Notes under the pieces: model-generated
Database searches by the model: none
What the model was told of the DNA's origin: nothing
The model's input: the letters and a program-made list of their open reading frames with translations, nothing else
Source: Podarcis liolepis
Lineage: Eukaryota
Strand: one strand, 5' to 3'
DNA: 64,000 nucleotides
NCBI GenBank assembly: GCA_965112155.1
Contig: OZ218098.1
Part shown: piece by piece, positions 25,882 to 39,510 of the stretch
Numbering within the stretch: the first letter of the stretch is position 1
Layout: each line of letters starts with the position of its first letter
Made by a program: the position numbers and the translations under genes

Positions 25882-27598
25882 ATGGTGCATTGCCAGACTT
25901 ATTAAATCATATGTGATTTTCTCCTGGCCTTCTCTCTGTTAGTGAAATACTAACTCTCAAAACAGTGTGCTTTTGTGCTGCCGAGGGAGACTGTGGGAGG
26001 AGACCTCACAGGAGTTCCCACTCCGCTTTTCATTCTCAATGCACTTCCTGCTTTTTCTCTGGCCCAATTATTGCTTCTGTGTATTTGGCACTCATTAATC
26101 TGCTGGAGCCCCTGCTATGTAATCAGTGAATGATGATAGGGTGATTTGCCTTGTGTGGTAGTAAGCTTGTTAACCATAACATAAATCTAAGCAATGGTTC
26201 CATGCCAAACAGGTTCTTTTATTAGACTCCGCATGAACTTTCCTATTAGCCAGACAATTAGCTGTCTGGAAAATGAATGGTGTTTCTCCCCCCACCCTTC
26301 TTTTCTCTATAGAACCTGTCCTTACCACTTAGTACTATCTTCATTTTTCCTTTCTGTTGTTCTTAGGCTGATGTAGAGTAGAGATGGACAGATCACTATT
26401 TCCAGTCTGGGACAGTTTCACACGTGTTCATTCCTATGTCCGTAAGTCCATTCAGACATGTTTCCACACTATATTTCCATTTTTAAACTATATTTCCATG
26501 AAAAATCTGCATTTTATGTAAAGTATGTATCCAAAAATAACTCCTTTAACCTAAAATGCACATTTTAAAATGTATTTTGGTACTTTTCCCAAGTGAGAAC
26601 TGCAACACAAAAAATCAGAGAAAGCTGTTCTGATCCATATATTAGTTTGGGAAGTGCTGTTAGGATTGTTTGATTTAAAATGGGGACAGAACAAAATGCA
26701 CAATGGTCCCTACTTGTGGTATTTAATTTTCAAGGGAGTTCCACTTCTGTGCTATAGCAGCAACAAATCCTTCTCTTTGTGGCTTGATGATATTGGCACT
26801 TAGGAGCCATAAAGTAGGACTGACAGCTGGCCAACATTTCACTGGCTGAGTGAGCATTTAATCCTCCTTGCCAGTTGCCAGAATGGAAGGCAGAAAATAA
26901 CTATGGTTGAATCGAGGTGTGTTCACCTACAAATGGACTGGTTCCTTCCATTTGCACAAATGACTGAGATACAGTGAAGGCCCTACCACAAGAGGGATGG
27001 AGGTAATTTGCCCCAGTATTATCTGGGGTTTTTTTATTTGTTGGTTTCTTTATTAAATTTCTATTCTGCACTTCCTCCCAAAAGAGTCCCCATGTCACCT
27101 CCCACATGGAGGGTCCCCCAGTCACCCACAGCAGCTTTCCTGGGAGTTTACAAACAGGAGGAATCTGCACAATTCACCTTCCTCCCCTTCAGCATGTGGG
27201 GAGCATCCCATGAGCACAACTCTGTTCATGGTTAGTCTGGATTAAACTGAATAAGCCCAGTGGTTTCATTGTAGTCCCTTCCTTCCTCCTTTCTTCCCTG
27301 CCTTGAAACAAATATGACACTCTTGTAGGAAATATTCTGCATATACATGAAGACAATATCCTTAAAATGAATTTCTTTGGGCAGGGTGTGGAGGAAGCTT
27401 CCTACAGATCTGACAGAAGACAAAAGGCACATAGTCCTTTAAAGAAAAAAAAGTTCCCTTTAGGAAAAACTTGTGCATGTGTTGAGAGGCAGTCAGATGG
27501 AAGTACCAGGAGATAGATTATAGATAGGTAGGTAGTTCTGTATGCATGTATTTAAGGAGCAAGCACTGGAAATTGTTTTATATGAAAGGATACAAATA

Positions 27599-27823
27599 CA
27601 GTGGTACCTCAGGTTAAGTACTTAATTCGTTCCGGAGGTCCGTTCTTAACCTGAAGCACCACTTTAGCTAATGGGGCCTCCCGCTGCTGCTGCACCACCG
27701 GACCACGATTTCTGTTCTCATCCTGAAGCAAAGTTCTTAACCTGAGGTACTATTTCTGGGTTAGCGGAGTCTGTAACCTGAAGCATCTGTAACCTGAAGC
27801 GTATGTAACCCGAGGTACCACTG
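27599..27823. mobile_element. Tc1/mariner-type MITE (225 bp)
   Basis: TIRs CAGTGGTACCTC(A/G)GGTTA, TA duplication on both sides, and three subterminal GTAACC-GA repeats. Confidence 0.9.
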
Positions 27824-30800
27824 TACTAATTTGTATTTAATTTCTTTTTAAAGTTACTTCCCAAGTTTTTCATAAAGAGTAGAGCAGATTAAACTTTGTA
27901 AGCCAAACTCTCTTCATTTAGGTTCCCCCCCCCCTCCACCACCCCAAACTTGGTGGATTTCACATCAGATTTTGGCCTAGCCTTTCCTAATTAAACAGCT
28001 AAGGAGTTCAAGTTGATGCACAGTGGTTTGTAGTGCCTAAAGCTTTTGCAGGCCATTAGAGTTTAATTGTTCATCTCGTTTAAAATCATCTCAACTCAAA
28101 AGACATCTTGGCTGAGAATGAAATGGGTCATGAAACTATAAATAGGAGGTAAATTATATTTGCACGTTAACTGAAACGGGGGAAGGAAGGGAGATCTTCC
28201 AAGGCCAATAGACTCCATTACAATATCCCAATGGGAAAATTGGATTCCACAATTTTCATGTCATTGTGGAGTAACCAGTTGAAAAGAATTACTTATCTAA
28301 AGCACAGTGAGCAATTGTCCTAGACATGCACTAAAGCCTGTGATTCGGAGCAGTCCCAAGAGATGAAGTCACCATTGGCAAGTTCCAATTTTTTTTTTTA
28401 ATAAATGTCTGCAGTTCTCAGCAATTAATACAAATATAGACACAGCCAATGGCACTGGAATCCACAGACATATGTGTCTGTTTATTGTAGACGAAAAGAG
28501 GGGTTGGTGGAGGTGGGAAAAAGCTACAATCGACGTTTCAGTTTAGGACTAATTGTACTTTTGTTCTTCCTGTGCTGATCAAAGCCAAAGTCCTTCCTAT
28601 TTCAAATGTAAACACTGTTGGTGAGCTGATTTCTTAAAAGCAGAGATCAGGGCAACTATTATATTTCAAAGGCTAGTTTAAAACAAAAGACCTGGCCTGG
28701 ATACCGGGGCTGTGTTTGTTCAAGAGAATAAAATGTGCATTTTGAAAGGACATTGAGTTCACTGTACATACATCTAAGCTTTGACATAATTGTCACACTT
28801 TGATTTTTTCCCCCATTTAATTTCACTCTGACCTTTCTTTCTTTGCACCTATATGCCTGCCAACTGAGAAAAACGCTCCATGCAACTGATGATGGGTACT
28901 TCAATACAGGAAAGCTTCTGCTGTAACAAATGTATTAGTCTTTTGAGGTAGCGTAAAAATCCTTGTTCTTTTCATGATGGCCTGCCCAATTTGAGGCAGA
29001 GTGTCTGCTCTGCATCTGATTTTCCCCACAAGGCACCCCTAAGCATCTGGTGAACTTGTCAGAATAGAATCTGGTCTAGAAAAGCAGGCTGGCTTTCTTA
29101 AACTCATTCCCACAACCAACAACCCCTTACCTGCTTCTCTGCTCAGAAAATAGGGGGTAGTAGTGAGTGGGAATGGAGTAGTAAAGGATTTAGTTAGAAG
29201 TGGTGCATAAGCATAGGAAAAGGACCGACCTTACCCACCACTTCATGATTGATGGGCCCTTAGCTAGTATATGGTATACATAGATGTATGCACATGTACA
29301 TCCATGCATGAATTTATATACATAACATCTTAATGGTTTTGCACAACTGTAAAGACAGCATAGCTTTCTCTTCTCAGTACGATATGCAAAGCAGTCTGCC
29401 AAACCATGGCTGATTTTACAAGTTTGGACCTTAGTAGCATTTCCAAATAAAATTTTTCATCTTGTGACTTGGTTCTCCATGAAATATATATTTCATTATC
29501 TATATGTAGGTTACTGGCATTCATCTTAATATTCCTTAGAACCAGATCAATGGAAGAGAAAGAAGCCATTGTGTGTGCACATATTTATTAAAATAACATA
29601 AGAAACTTGCCAATATGAGTTTTTACATTTCAGTAGCACACAGAGTAATAATTGTGTGTCGCCTTTTAATAACGCAAGGGACAGATACCTGTAAGGAACT
29701 AGAAATAACCTATACCAACCTCCGAGGCATTATGTAAATGTTTCTGAAATATTTTTAAGTCATGCAAGCCTTTTAACTCTCTCTTAGAAGTTGGGTTTTA
29801 AAAGTGCAGGGATTTTGTAGATGCCCAGGACAACCTACCTTGGGGCAGGTTTTCTGTAATCAAACATCCCAATAGATTAGCTCATACCAAAAAAGTTTGT
29901 TTCTGCTATATAGGCCACAACAAGCCTTACAATCAGGAGGGTGCAGCAGCTGATTTTAGGTGCCATAAAAGGACAGCCAATTGTTATTTACTTTATTATT
30001 ATTATTTTACTACCCAGAAGGGGGAGGCACTTGTGGGTTTTGCTGCCACCTTACACAACTGTATTTTCCCACAACACAAACATGGGTGAACATGAAATGT
30101 TCAAAGATTTGTTCTGGGATAAATAATATCCAAGCTATGAGAAAATTGGCTGGTACAGTATAATGCTGGCTCTTCTTCCACCAGGTAGTGGCATACATAG
30201 GCATTATTTCACAGGGGGTAGAGTTATATAACCCATGTATCCATATTTTGCTTCTTTCAGCATAGACTACCAAGAACCATATCAGGTAGATTAGACTGAT
30301 GAAGATGGATTGATCCAGCATCATATGGTGAGCTTCTTGCCTGGACAAATATTTTAATGGGGTCTCTGGGGTCAAGGTCCAGCACTCTGGCCACTAGATC
30401 ACATTGGTTCATGAGGGTAAACCACTAAATAAACAACGTTCCATAATGTGCTTACTGAATTTACATGGGATAAAATTATCCCTGATCATTTGAGCTGGAA
30501 TAATTTAATCACATATAAAAGATTTCTCAATGGCAGTTGTTGCTCATTCATGACTGCCCACTCTAAAGGGCTGAGCTACATGGTACCACGCCAAGGGTGT
30601 GTTTTGAGATCTGTGTCTGCTGAGGTAATTTGGAAATTGGAAGGAAAACCCTTCTCCATGCCCACTTATTCTCCACTGAAAACATTTGCTCCACAAACAA
30701 GGTAAATTCACAATTTGAATTATTAATTCAGAGCTAGGGTGTGGAGGGGAAAGCTTTAAAAACAACTGTGGAAAAGTATTTGCATGGGAGAATTGGTAGA

Positions 30801-31499
30801 CAGGAGACGGACTATGTGTTTCTCCTCTACAAGTGATCTCTGCATTTGTGTTATGAGCAAAACATAGGGCAGGGAACTAACTACATGTTTCTCTTGAAAA
30901 TTCTACCTCCGTCAGTGAATATTGAAATTTTGGGTGTTCTAATTTTGTGATGCACTAAGAAGCCCAAAATACTAGAACCTACAGATCAGCTCTATCATTA
31001 GAGGGATTCAGCCTGTCTATCAGAAACTGTTCAGAGATGTCACAGATGGAAATAAATTACCCTCTGTTGCTTGAGATTATAGACCTCTGTTTGCAAATAA
31101 ACCAGACTATCATTACACTTTCTCTTGCTTTTCTTCAATTTAACTGTGTACATATTTGGTATGTGGGATGTGGTGCCTTTATACATTTGCTGCTAAATGA
31201 TCTGTAATAGCTAATCAGATCATCATGCAGAATTGCACATGTTAATGAAGTTGGGGCTCTCACTCGAATGCCTATTACAGTAAAGCTCAATTTATCCACA
31301 CAATTCTAGTTCAATGTCATATGTATTGGATATACCTCACAATTTTCTGTGTGCCCTCTCTGCTTCTTCTCTTTATGTGCACACTCATAATGGAACTCAA
31401 GAACATATTTCTACTTCGCTGTCTCTCATCCATCAAATCCCTCCTCAAAACCCACTTCAGCACACTTTAAATATGTGTAACACAACTCACTCACCTTTT

Positions 31500-31635
31500 A
31501 TTCCCCCTGCTTCTGCATTTTTCTCACTGCCTGGATTGTAAGCTCCTTGTGAGCAGGGACCTTTCGCTAGCACCAGTACTGTGTACAGTACTGCACACTC
31601 TGATGTTGTTATATAAATGTTATATAAATAATAAC
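31500..31635 (+). mobile_element. Ancient L2-like 3' terminus
   Basis: GATTGTAAGCTCCTT..GAGCAGGGACC...TATAAATAATAA resembles the conserved L2 end. Confidence 0.5.
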
Positions 31636-33973
31636 CATGCCGGGCTGTAGGTAGAAATTTCACACCAGGAAATGGCTTGTAGCTGCAACTCCTGTGCCTT
31701 ATTAGAAAGAAATTTATTCTGCCTTTGCCCAGTTCATAGAGTCACATTTGATTGGCTGAAACACCATATAGTAGCAGCCAAGGGCTTTGGAAGATTTCCT
31801 GCCAATAAGGGGCACCTTCCTCCTCTGTTTTCCAGTCCACATGTGATAACCCCCATTGCTGCAAGCATACCTATGACTGACTATATGCCCTCTCAATCCC
31901 TGCCCATTGTGACTTATCAAATCTAGCTAGCAGAGCCTGGATGCTTTGGTGTAGTGGGTGGTTAATTCATCTTTGTGCCAGTGATGTAGTTCCCCCTCGT
32001 CTTTTAAAGAGCCACTGGCATAGTGCTAGTCTGTGACAACTACCGACAACTTACAAATACCCCATTTTGCAGCGCGTTGATCGAGAGGGTGGTGACATGG
32101 CAATTGCAGACATTCTTGGAAGATGCCAACTTTTATTTGGGGAAACTTTTATTTTGGAGGCAAGCTTGGTAAAAGTAAAGCAGAGAGGAGCACAGCTGAG
32201 CAACTGTAAAAAGGGGGAGGACACAAAAAGGGCAAGGGTCTGCAAAACATTATTTTGTCTCAAACAGAGCAGCTTGCCTATGCCTTTTTATGACAGGGTG
32301 TGCAAGATAAGCAGGATACACTGTTTGCACAAAACCTTGAATTCCGCTTTGTTGGCAGAGTTAAAGCTGGTCAAGGACCCTTATAGCAAAGTGTCTGTGT
32401 ACATCTACTCAGTTTTCATTTTTCTCCTAGGTTTGTTTAATTTGCTTGCCTCTTTCTGATGGAAAAATAAATAAATATGAAATATATTTCTGAATTATTA
32501 ATTATATGCAGCCTTTAGAAGACAAGCCATCACCCACCAACTCAGCCTTTTTTCCCTTTTCTTTCGGAAACAGCACAGGCTGTATTTGCTATACAGAAGA
32601 AAAGGGTAAAGATATCAGTAAACTGCTAAAATTGCAAAATGCACCTATTAGAATGCTTGGGCAATGCAGCTTTAGCTTGACTCATCCAACACTAAATTCA
32701 TGGAAGAACTTATCTTTTTACCTTACTGTTTTTCACAAGGGTGAAACTGGAATATTGACTCCACATTTTTAATATACCGGTATATAGTTTGATGTTGTGC
32801 ATTTATTTTGTTTGCTTTTTTGTAGAACAAAAATAAAAATGAGAGAATGAGTGATTTTATATATCAAAAACTTACATAAAAAATTATAATATGAGAGGAG
32901 TAGCGTGGGTATGGGCATATATGGTGGCAAATGGGAAAGTGCTTGAGTTTGTGGAGAGGTCATAAGATATGCAAGGAGATAAAAGTCCAATATCCTGGTC
33001 ACCAGACACCTTAGCAAGTTCTGATGAATTTGCATGAGGGGTAGAAACCCTTTTAAAAAATACAGTTGAGCAATTTTCTTCTATCCTTGGATTCCTAAGC
33101 TATTTCCCCCTTCCTGCTTGTGCATTGCTTGCTGCAGGTATTATTTTTACTGGCCTTAGGGACATGAAGCTGTTTGACTATAAATTGTTTATGGGGCAAT
33201 CTTATTTACAATGAATGCTTTTCTCATTTACTTTTAATTGTTTAAATGAAATCTAATTAAGTTTGGTGGAGAAGAATGATACATGAAACAATCAGGTTGG
33301 AATGAGTTTTTCTCTCTCCAGAAATATCTGAATGTAAACAAAATCTGACAATGTGTTCCATTACAGTAGTAGGAAATCTAAAGGGACTGTATGAGCTAGG
33401 AGTGTATTAATGTGGTTTTCGGATTCAATTTCATTCCCAGAGAAGGAAGAAAGCAAGTGGTGGGTGGAAAGACCCGAAGAGAGACCTCTGTGATTGGATC
33501 GGCCCCGTTTCATGATCACCAAAAGAAAACAGACCTGCTTTATTTGCGTAACAGCCAAAGTGCCTGTGACCCTGAAAATGAAACGATACTAATAATATAT
33601 CACCCTAACGGAAGCTTGTTGCTTTGCAAGCTAAGAGAGATGCACTGTGAGGAAAGACGGCCTTTGCCATGCACAAGGATGCAGAGCCTCACTGCGGTAA
33701 GAGTCTTTCCATAAAATGCAGCTACTGCTTCTACAAGCAGAGATGGGTTTCCCCTCTGAATTGTGTGGTGCAGTTAGGGCAGGAATATAGGGCTTAGGGC
33801 CATCACCCAGTGGGATGATCAGAGGGTGGGCGTAGTGCAATTTGAATATAATACATGCTGGTTTGTTTATTTATTTACACACGACTGTATATGCCACATA
33901 GCTATAATCCCATTGCCATCTGAAGAGCCCACCCACTTCCCTGTGAGACTACTAAGTCCAGAGGGTAAAATTA

Positions 33974-34323
33974 CATACCCTCCAACATTTCTTCGATGAA
34001 AATAGAAACGTCCCATTCCATAATGATAATCTTACAATTTATACTCCACACATCTTACTGGGTTGCCCCAGCCACTCTGGGCAGCTTCCAACACATATAA
34101 AAACATAATAAAACATTAAACATTTTTTAAAAACCTTGCCTATATAGGATTGCCTTAGACAACTTAGGGGTCAGATAACTCCATAGCCTCCAACATTTCT
34201 CCAATGAAAAAAGGGATATCCTAAGGAAAAGGGGGACATTTCAGGTTCAAAATGGAAACTGGGACGGATTCTCTAAATCAGAGACATCCCTGGAAAATAG
34301 GGAACTTGGGGGGGGGGTGTCTG
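33974..34323. mobile_element. Composite hAT-type MITE with duplicated left end and internal LINE-tail fragment
   Basis: CATA(C/G)CCTCCAACATTTCT..ATGAAAA.AG occurs at 33974 and again at about 34182. The right end is TTGGGGG..GTCTG. The internal segment matches 52830-52895. Confidence 0.7.
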
Positions 34324-36387
34324 AAATTACCCAAGTGCACCACTGTCCAGATTTATTTGTGAAAATGGCGGGTCTAGTAAGTCTTCTTTCTCTCCTCACT
34401 TGATTCAAATAGTAACTCAGCTTGTGCACTGCACCCTCCTCTTCCTTGCAATGTTTTCTAGCTCCATTCCTATTCAACCCCCAAGCCCTTAAGGGGACAA
34501 AATAGTCTGTGTGGGAAGAAGGTTGAATCACACACTTTATACCCCATCCCAAAGCTGACCACCACAAGGGCCTTTAAGGTACAGTTCTCTCACCTCTTCA
34601 ACCAGCTTCGCAGACAAAGATTTGATTTTAGTTCCAGATCCCCACCCTCCACCACAAATAGTCTGGTCTGGAAGATAACGTATGGTCTAAAGTCATATGA
34701 AGCAGCAGTTGTGGGTCTGGTCAGCGCCTGGGTGGGAGGTCGCCTGGGAACACTGTGCTGGCTGCCCCGAGTTGCATCATAAAAAGGGAGGGATATAAGT
34801 GTAGCAAATAAATTATAAATGTATAAGAAGTCAGGAAACACCTCATCCTTCCCTAGACCCTCACTTCCCATTTCCTTTTCCAGATCCTACATACTAAACA
34901 CTGGTTCCTAGCCAAGTAACCAATCTGCACCCACCTTAGCAGAATATTATTCGTTTCTTTACTTAGACCGTTTTAGACTACTTAATATATTACATTATCT
35001 CTAAGTGGTGCATGGAAAACTAAGGTCACATCAGACAACAAGAAATTAAGAATTTTTTACAAAAATGAACAGTTACATGGGGGGGGGATATTGCATTAGT
35101 ACATCATTACTAATGCATATAAATCAATATTAGTTCCAACTCTCCCACAAAATTTAACAAGGAATAATGATTCTACAAAACAGCTGATATCACCCTAGTC
35201 TTTTACTTTAGGCTTGCTTTTTATGAGCAGGCCCACAGGTGCATGAAACAACCTCAGGCTGCCCACAGCTGTGTCCCATTCAGCAGTCATCTGCCGTCTT
35301 CACACAGGTACAGCAGACTTGGTGAGCTTCCGGGGGGGGGGGTCCATGTGGGTGAGAAAATGGCACCCCTTCACTCACTGTCCTTTTCGCCAGCCTCTGC
35401 TCACTTCTCCTCCAGCTGCATTCATGAATACTGCATTCATGTCTATCCCAGATTTCCTTGAACCTTGCTATCTGCTCTCTCTTTTGGTCCAGGGACTCTT
35501 TGGCAGCCAGCCATGTCCCCCCACTCCCCCCCCCAAACCTGCAAATTGGTTGATTGGCTTGTTGTTTATGAGAGAATTTTCCCCTTCAACAGTCTGGACT
35601 CATGATTTGCATTTTTAAAGGTCACATTTGCATGATGCATGCCCTGCCCTTGGGGTGTATGTGAGTTCTTCTGACTTGGAAATTTGCGGGTAGATTGATT
35701 GCTGCAGTCAAAAGGACTCAGGAGTCAGGATATTGTTCTATAACATCCAAGTCAATTTCAGCTATCAACAAACATGTGCCAACACAGCAGCTGGCAGCTG
35801 CCTTTCCGAATGCCTGGACTGTGGACTGGAAGCTACAATAGGCAGCAAATAGGTACATAAATGTATAATATTCTTCATTTAAATTATGAGTAGGAGGCCA
35901 TTTTTAGGGGTGAGGAAACTCACCTTGAAATGCATTTGTGTATTTTGAGATGGGTCAATTTGCCCTATGGGCCCCATATTTTTCAGTTTTAGCAGCTTCA
36001 CTAGCAAGACTTGATCCCTCTTTTTCCAGATTCAGGAAGTTATATGTGATTATCCCTTAAGTGACTGTTCCTTTGAAATGGGTCTGTTTTCTGCAGCCTT
36101 CTGCAACCCACTGAAATCTTTATTAAGAAATGCAGGTAATGATTGAAAGCATTGGGGGGGGGGGAGGTTGTTTTGAACCTAAATCTGCAAGTTCTAGAAC
36201 CCCAAGTATCTACAGTACTTAATGACATCGGTCATAAGCTCCCTTAATATTCTCTGTTGAGCACTTAAATGTGAAAAGAAAAATGGTAGCAGGTTTGTTG
36301 GACCACTGCTTGTCTCCTGTCATTGGGAAGAATCGAGATATCCTTATTTTTCTGCTGATACACTAAAGAACCAAGTGTTTACAATAA

Positions 36388-36520
36388 GAGTCAGTGTGGT
36401 GCAGTAGTTAATTCAAAGTCCCACTTGGCCTTGAAGCTGACCTGGTGACCTGCCTTGGTGGTGAGGTGCTGACCCTGCATGCTGCCTGAATCTCCTTAGA
36501 GGAAGAACAGGATAAAACTG
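36388..36520 (+). mobile_element. Degraded tRNA-headed SINE with L2-like tail
   Basis: GTGTGGTGCAGTAGTTA (A-box-like), TTCAAAGTCCCACTTGGCCTTGAAGCT, and tail CTCCTTAGAGGAAGAACAGGATAAAA. Confidence 0.45.
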
Positions 36521-37026
36521 TAGTAATAGAAATGTCATTCTAACCAACCCCTGTTCAGTTGCTATCCAGTGACTCTTCCTGTCATCTCCACTTTTCCAGG
36601 GAGTGACAACTCCTTAACAGAGAACAAATTCACACAATTGAAAGGGTCATTGGATGTTCTCAGGTCCTACCTGGTGCTTTGATGTGGAGAATATTATTCC
36701 TGAACACGATAACAAGGATTACTGTCTTTTTAAAATTATTGGCTCTAAGGAATAGTCCATTTAAAATCATCTGGGACTGAGTGTTTAAAAACCTGCCAGC
36801 CAGCAATTCTAATAGTAACAAGGCTGACAGTCCTGAAAATAAATCACAATGGAAATAAACTGGAAATTGTGAGTGGAAATAATGGGTAGACAGTGGTCTT
36901 TAATTATTTGAAAACCAATGAGAATATATGGTGTCTTTTTGCAGTATGTTATTCAGTAATTATGTTGCTCCTATGTGTTTACAGTGCAGACACCTTTCTT
37001 CATAGCTTCATAGTATTTGCACTTAG

Positions 37027-37204
37027 CATAGGAGCCAACTCCTAGGGGCCGAGGTCCCTCTGCCCCTCCCCAATAAAATATTTGAGGGGTCTGGGATCCT
37101 CAAAGTTGATGGGCACTGCCATTCAAATTGTATGCTTGTGATCAATAGTGCAGGGCAGGGCTAACCTAGCCCCACCCAATATTTTATTGAAGTTGGCACC
37201 CCTG
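37027..37204. mobile_element. hAT-type MITE
   Basis: Imperfect TIRs CATAGGAGCCAACT / AGTTGGCACCCCTG and internal inverted CAATAAAATATT / AATATTTTATTG. Confidence 0.65.
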
Positions 37205-39264
37205 GTTGGTTCTTAGGCAATTGTGATTCATCTGCAGGTTGCTCATATTGTGATTATTGTCTTGCATGTCATTATTAAGTAGTAAAATAAAATTACAGGT
37301 ACATTTGATGAAAATTTAAAATCATGTTAAAACATTAAAGTAAGAATAAAATTCAGCATTTCAAGTAAAAATGTTCAATTGCCATGCTCCTCCTCCACCA
37401 TTCCACACTACCACATGCATTCCTGATAAATACACGGAGATTTGTTGTTAAGACATTGATGCTAAATCAGAGATTGCAAATACACAGTACAGCACATTTG
37501 GGAGACACAATGGGCAGCCAATTGATAAGTAGATGCTCATGGCACACATACATATATTGGAACCCCAGTTGAAACATTTGTACGTTTTCCGCCTATATTT
37601 AGGCACAGGGTAGCGCTGGTGTCACTTTCCATGGCTGGCTAATGTCATATGGTTTAATTATTAATGTTTGAAAATATAAACATGTCACCTGTCATGAAAC
37701 AGCATAATTTCATTTGCTATGGGGCATTTGGGTGCGTAGGCTCACTTGAGTATTTGTTGATACTGAAGATGGAGACATGGCAGGAATGGAGGGGTGGTGG
37801 CAACAGCATGAAATATTTCAGGGGAAAGTGCCAGTTTTTTTTGCACTTTGGCACTTTTATGGGGAATATAAGCTGCACAAAATGAAAAAATGGGTGAATT
37901 TGCTTAATGTATAGAGAGGATGCAGATCATGCTGTTAGTGCAGAATTTGGATTACCTTTCAGCTGAATTTGAAGTTTGCAGGCATGGAGTACACACAACG
38001 CAGCTTACATAATTTTATCTATAATAGGAATGGTTTCCCCTGACGAGTCTTTTTATTCACACACATTCATATGCACTGAAAGAAGTAAAGTCATAAGCAT
38101 AAATGGGACTGTTGATGAATGTAGGTCATTTTATTGTATTAATTTATAGGAAAATTATCTTTTGCCTAGCCCTAACATTGCACAAGAGGAAAATGAAAGG
38201 CTGGATGTCAGCTTCCTCTAAGCCAGCTGCAAGGTTCTCAGATTTATTACAGGGCTTAATTCTATATTCTCCACTACCATAGACTTCACTTCTGTTTACT
38301 CCCAGAGTTCATTTGCTACAGAGTCTCCTTCACACAGTCTCGCCACAGCTGACATTCTTATCATCTGTGGTGGCCACTTCTCCGCCTCATCAACTCTCTA
38401 TCTCATTTCCAGTCTCACGTGAAAACAATTTTTCTCCCTTGCCAGCACTTCTTAGTTTCTTTCTCCATCATAGTTATTATTGAACTCTACAACTGTATTT
38501 AACCTTATAACAAATTTTTGAAATGCACTCAGAAGGAAAGACCCTGGGGGGTAGATATCATTAGCTCAGCCAAATGGTTTTGAAGAAGGGATTAAAGGTG
38601 AGGAGATTCAAAGGACACTTAAATTTGTTTATTAGATTTGGGTACTCTTTCCCCACTCCTACTCTCCCAAGTTCAAGGAACTAGTTCCATCATTTGTCCA
38701 GTTTCTTTTTAGCTATTCCTCTTCTCCCTTTCTCATTTGACAAAGATCCCATGTTCATAAATGATTTTGTATTTTTTAAAAACTGGCTTGTTTTTTTTAA
38801 GTCTGAGTGGGTAATAAAATAGTACCACTTTTCTAAAAAGAAATAAAAATAGACCATGGATGGGATTCACCTCACCAGTCCTGTAAAGTGGAAGCTTTGC
38901 GTGAGAACACCCCCTTGCTCAGCTGGGCCTTCCCTTTCCTGCCTTGCACCCCACCTGCACCCCCCAAAATTAGCTTGTAGGGCATCAGGAAAATTCCCAA
39001 AGCAGAACATGGGACAAACGGGTATTGTTCTGTTTGGCAAGCTGAAATCCTTGGGCAAATTGAACGCTTGGAAGAGCTCAGTGTTGAATTTCATCCCTGG
39101 CCTTTCCTGTTTTCTTTGTCACGTGCTATGAAAGTTTACCTGTCAGTGTTTCATTTTTTAAAATTATCATTATTTTACAATCAAAATGCCTGTCTTCTCT
39201 CATTACTGTGTTACTCTAGGGCCACATCCGCACCATATATAGAAAATAGTACTGTACCTCTTTA

Positions 39265-39510
39265 AACAGTCATGGCTTTCCCCAAAGGATCCTGGGAAGT
39301 GTTAAGGGTGCTGAAAGGGGAATAGAAGGTCTGAGTTCTCTGGTCCTGTTAGCTAGGGATGATGGGAGTTGTAGTCCCAAAACATCTGGAGGGCCAAGTT
39401 TACCTATGCCTGTTGTAACCCTATGAACTCCAACTCCCATCAGCCTTAGACAGCACAGCCTAATGGTCAGGATGATGGGGCTAGAATCTGAGAACACCTG
39501 GAGGGCTCTA
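39265..39510. mobile_element. Cluster of MITE fragments of the 3820 family
   Basis: GGGATGATGGGAGTTGTAGTCC..AACATCTGGAGGGCC and AACTCCCATCAGCC...GGATGATGGG...CTGGAGGGC match 3820-3957. Confidence 0.7.

Noticed and set aside
32067-32459. 130-aa intergenic ORF
   Set aside because: Non-ATG start, no recognisable domain and no supporting exon structure.
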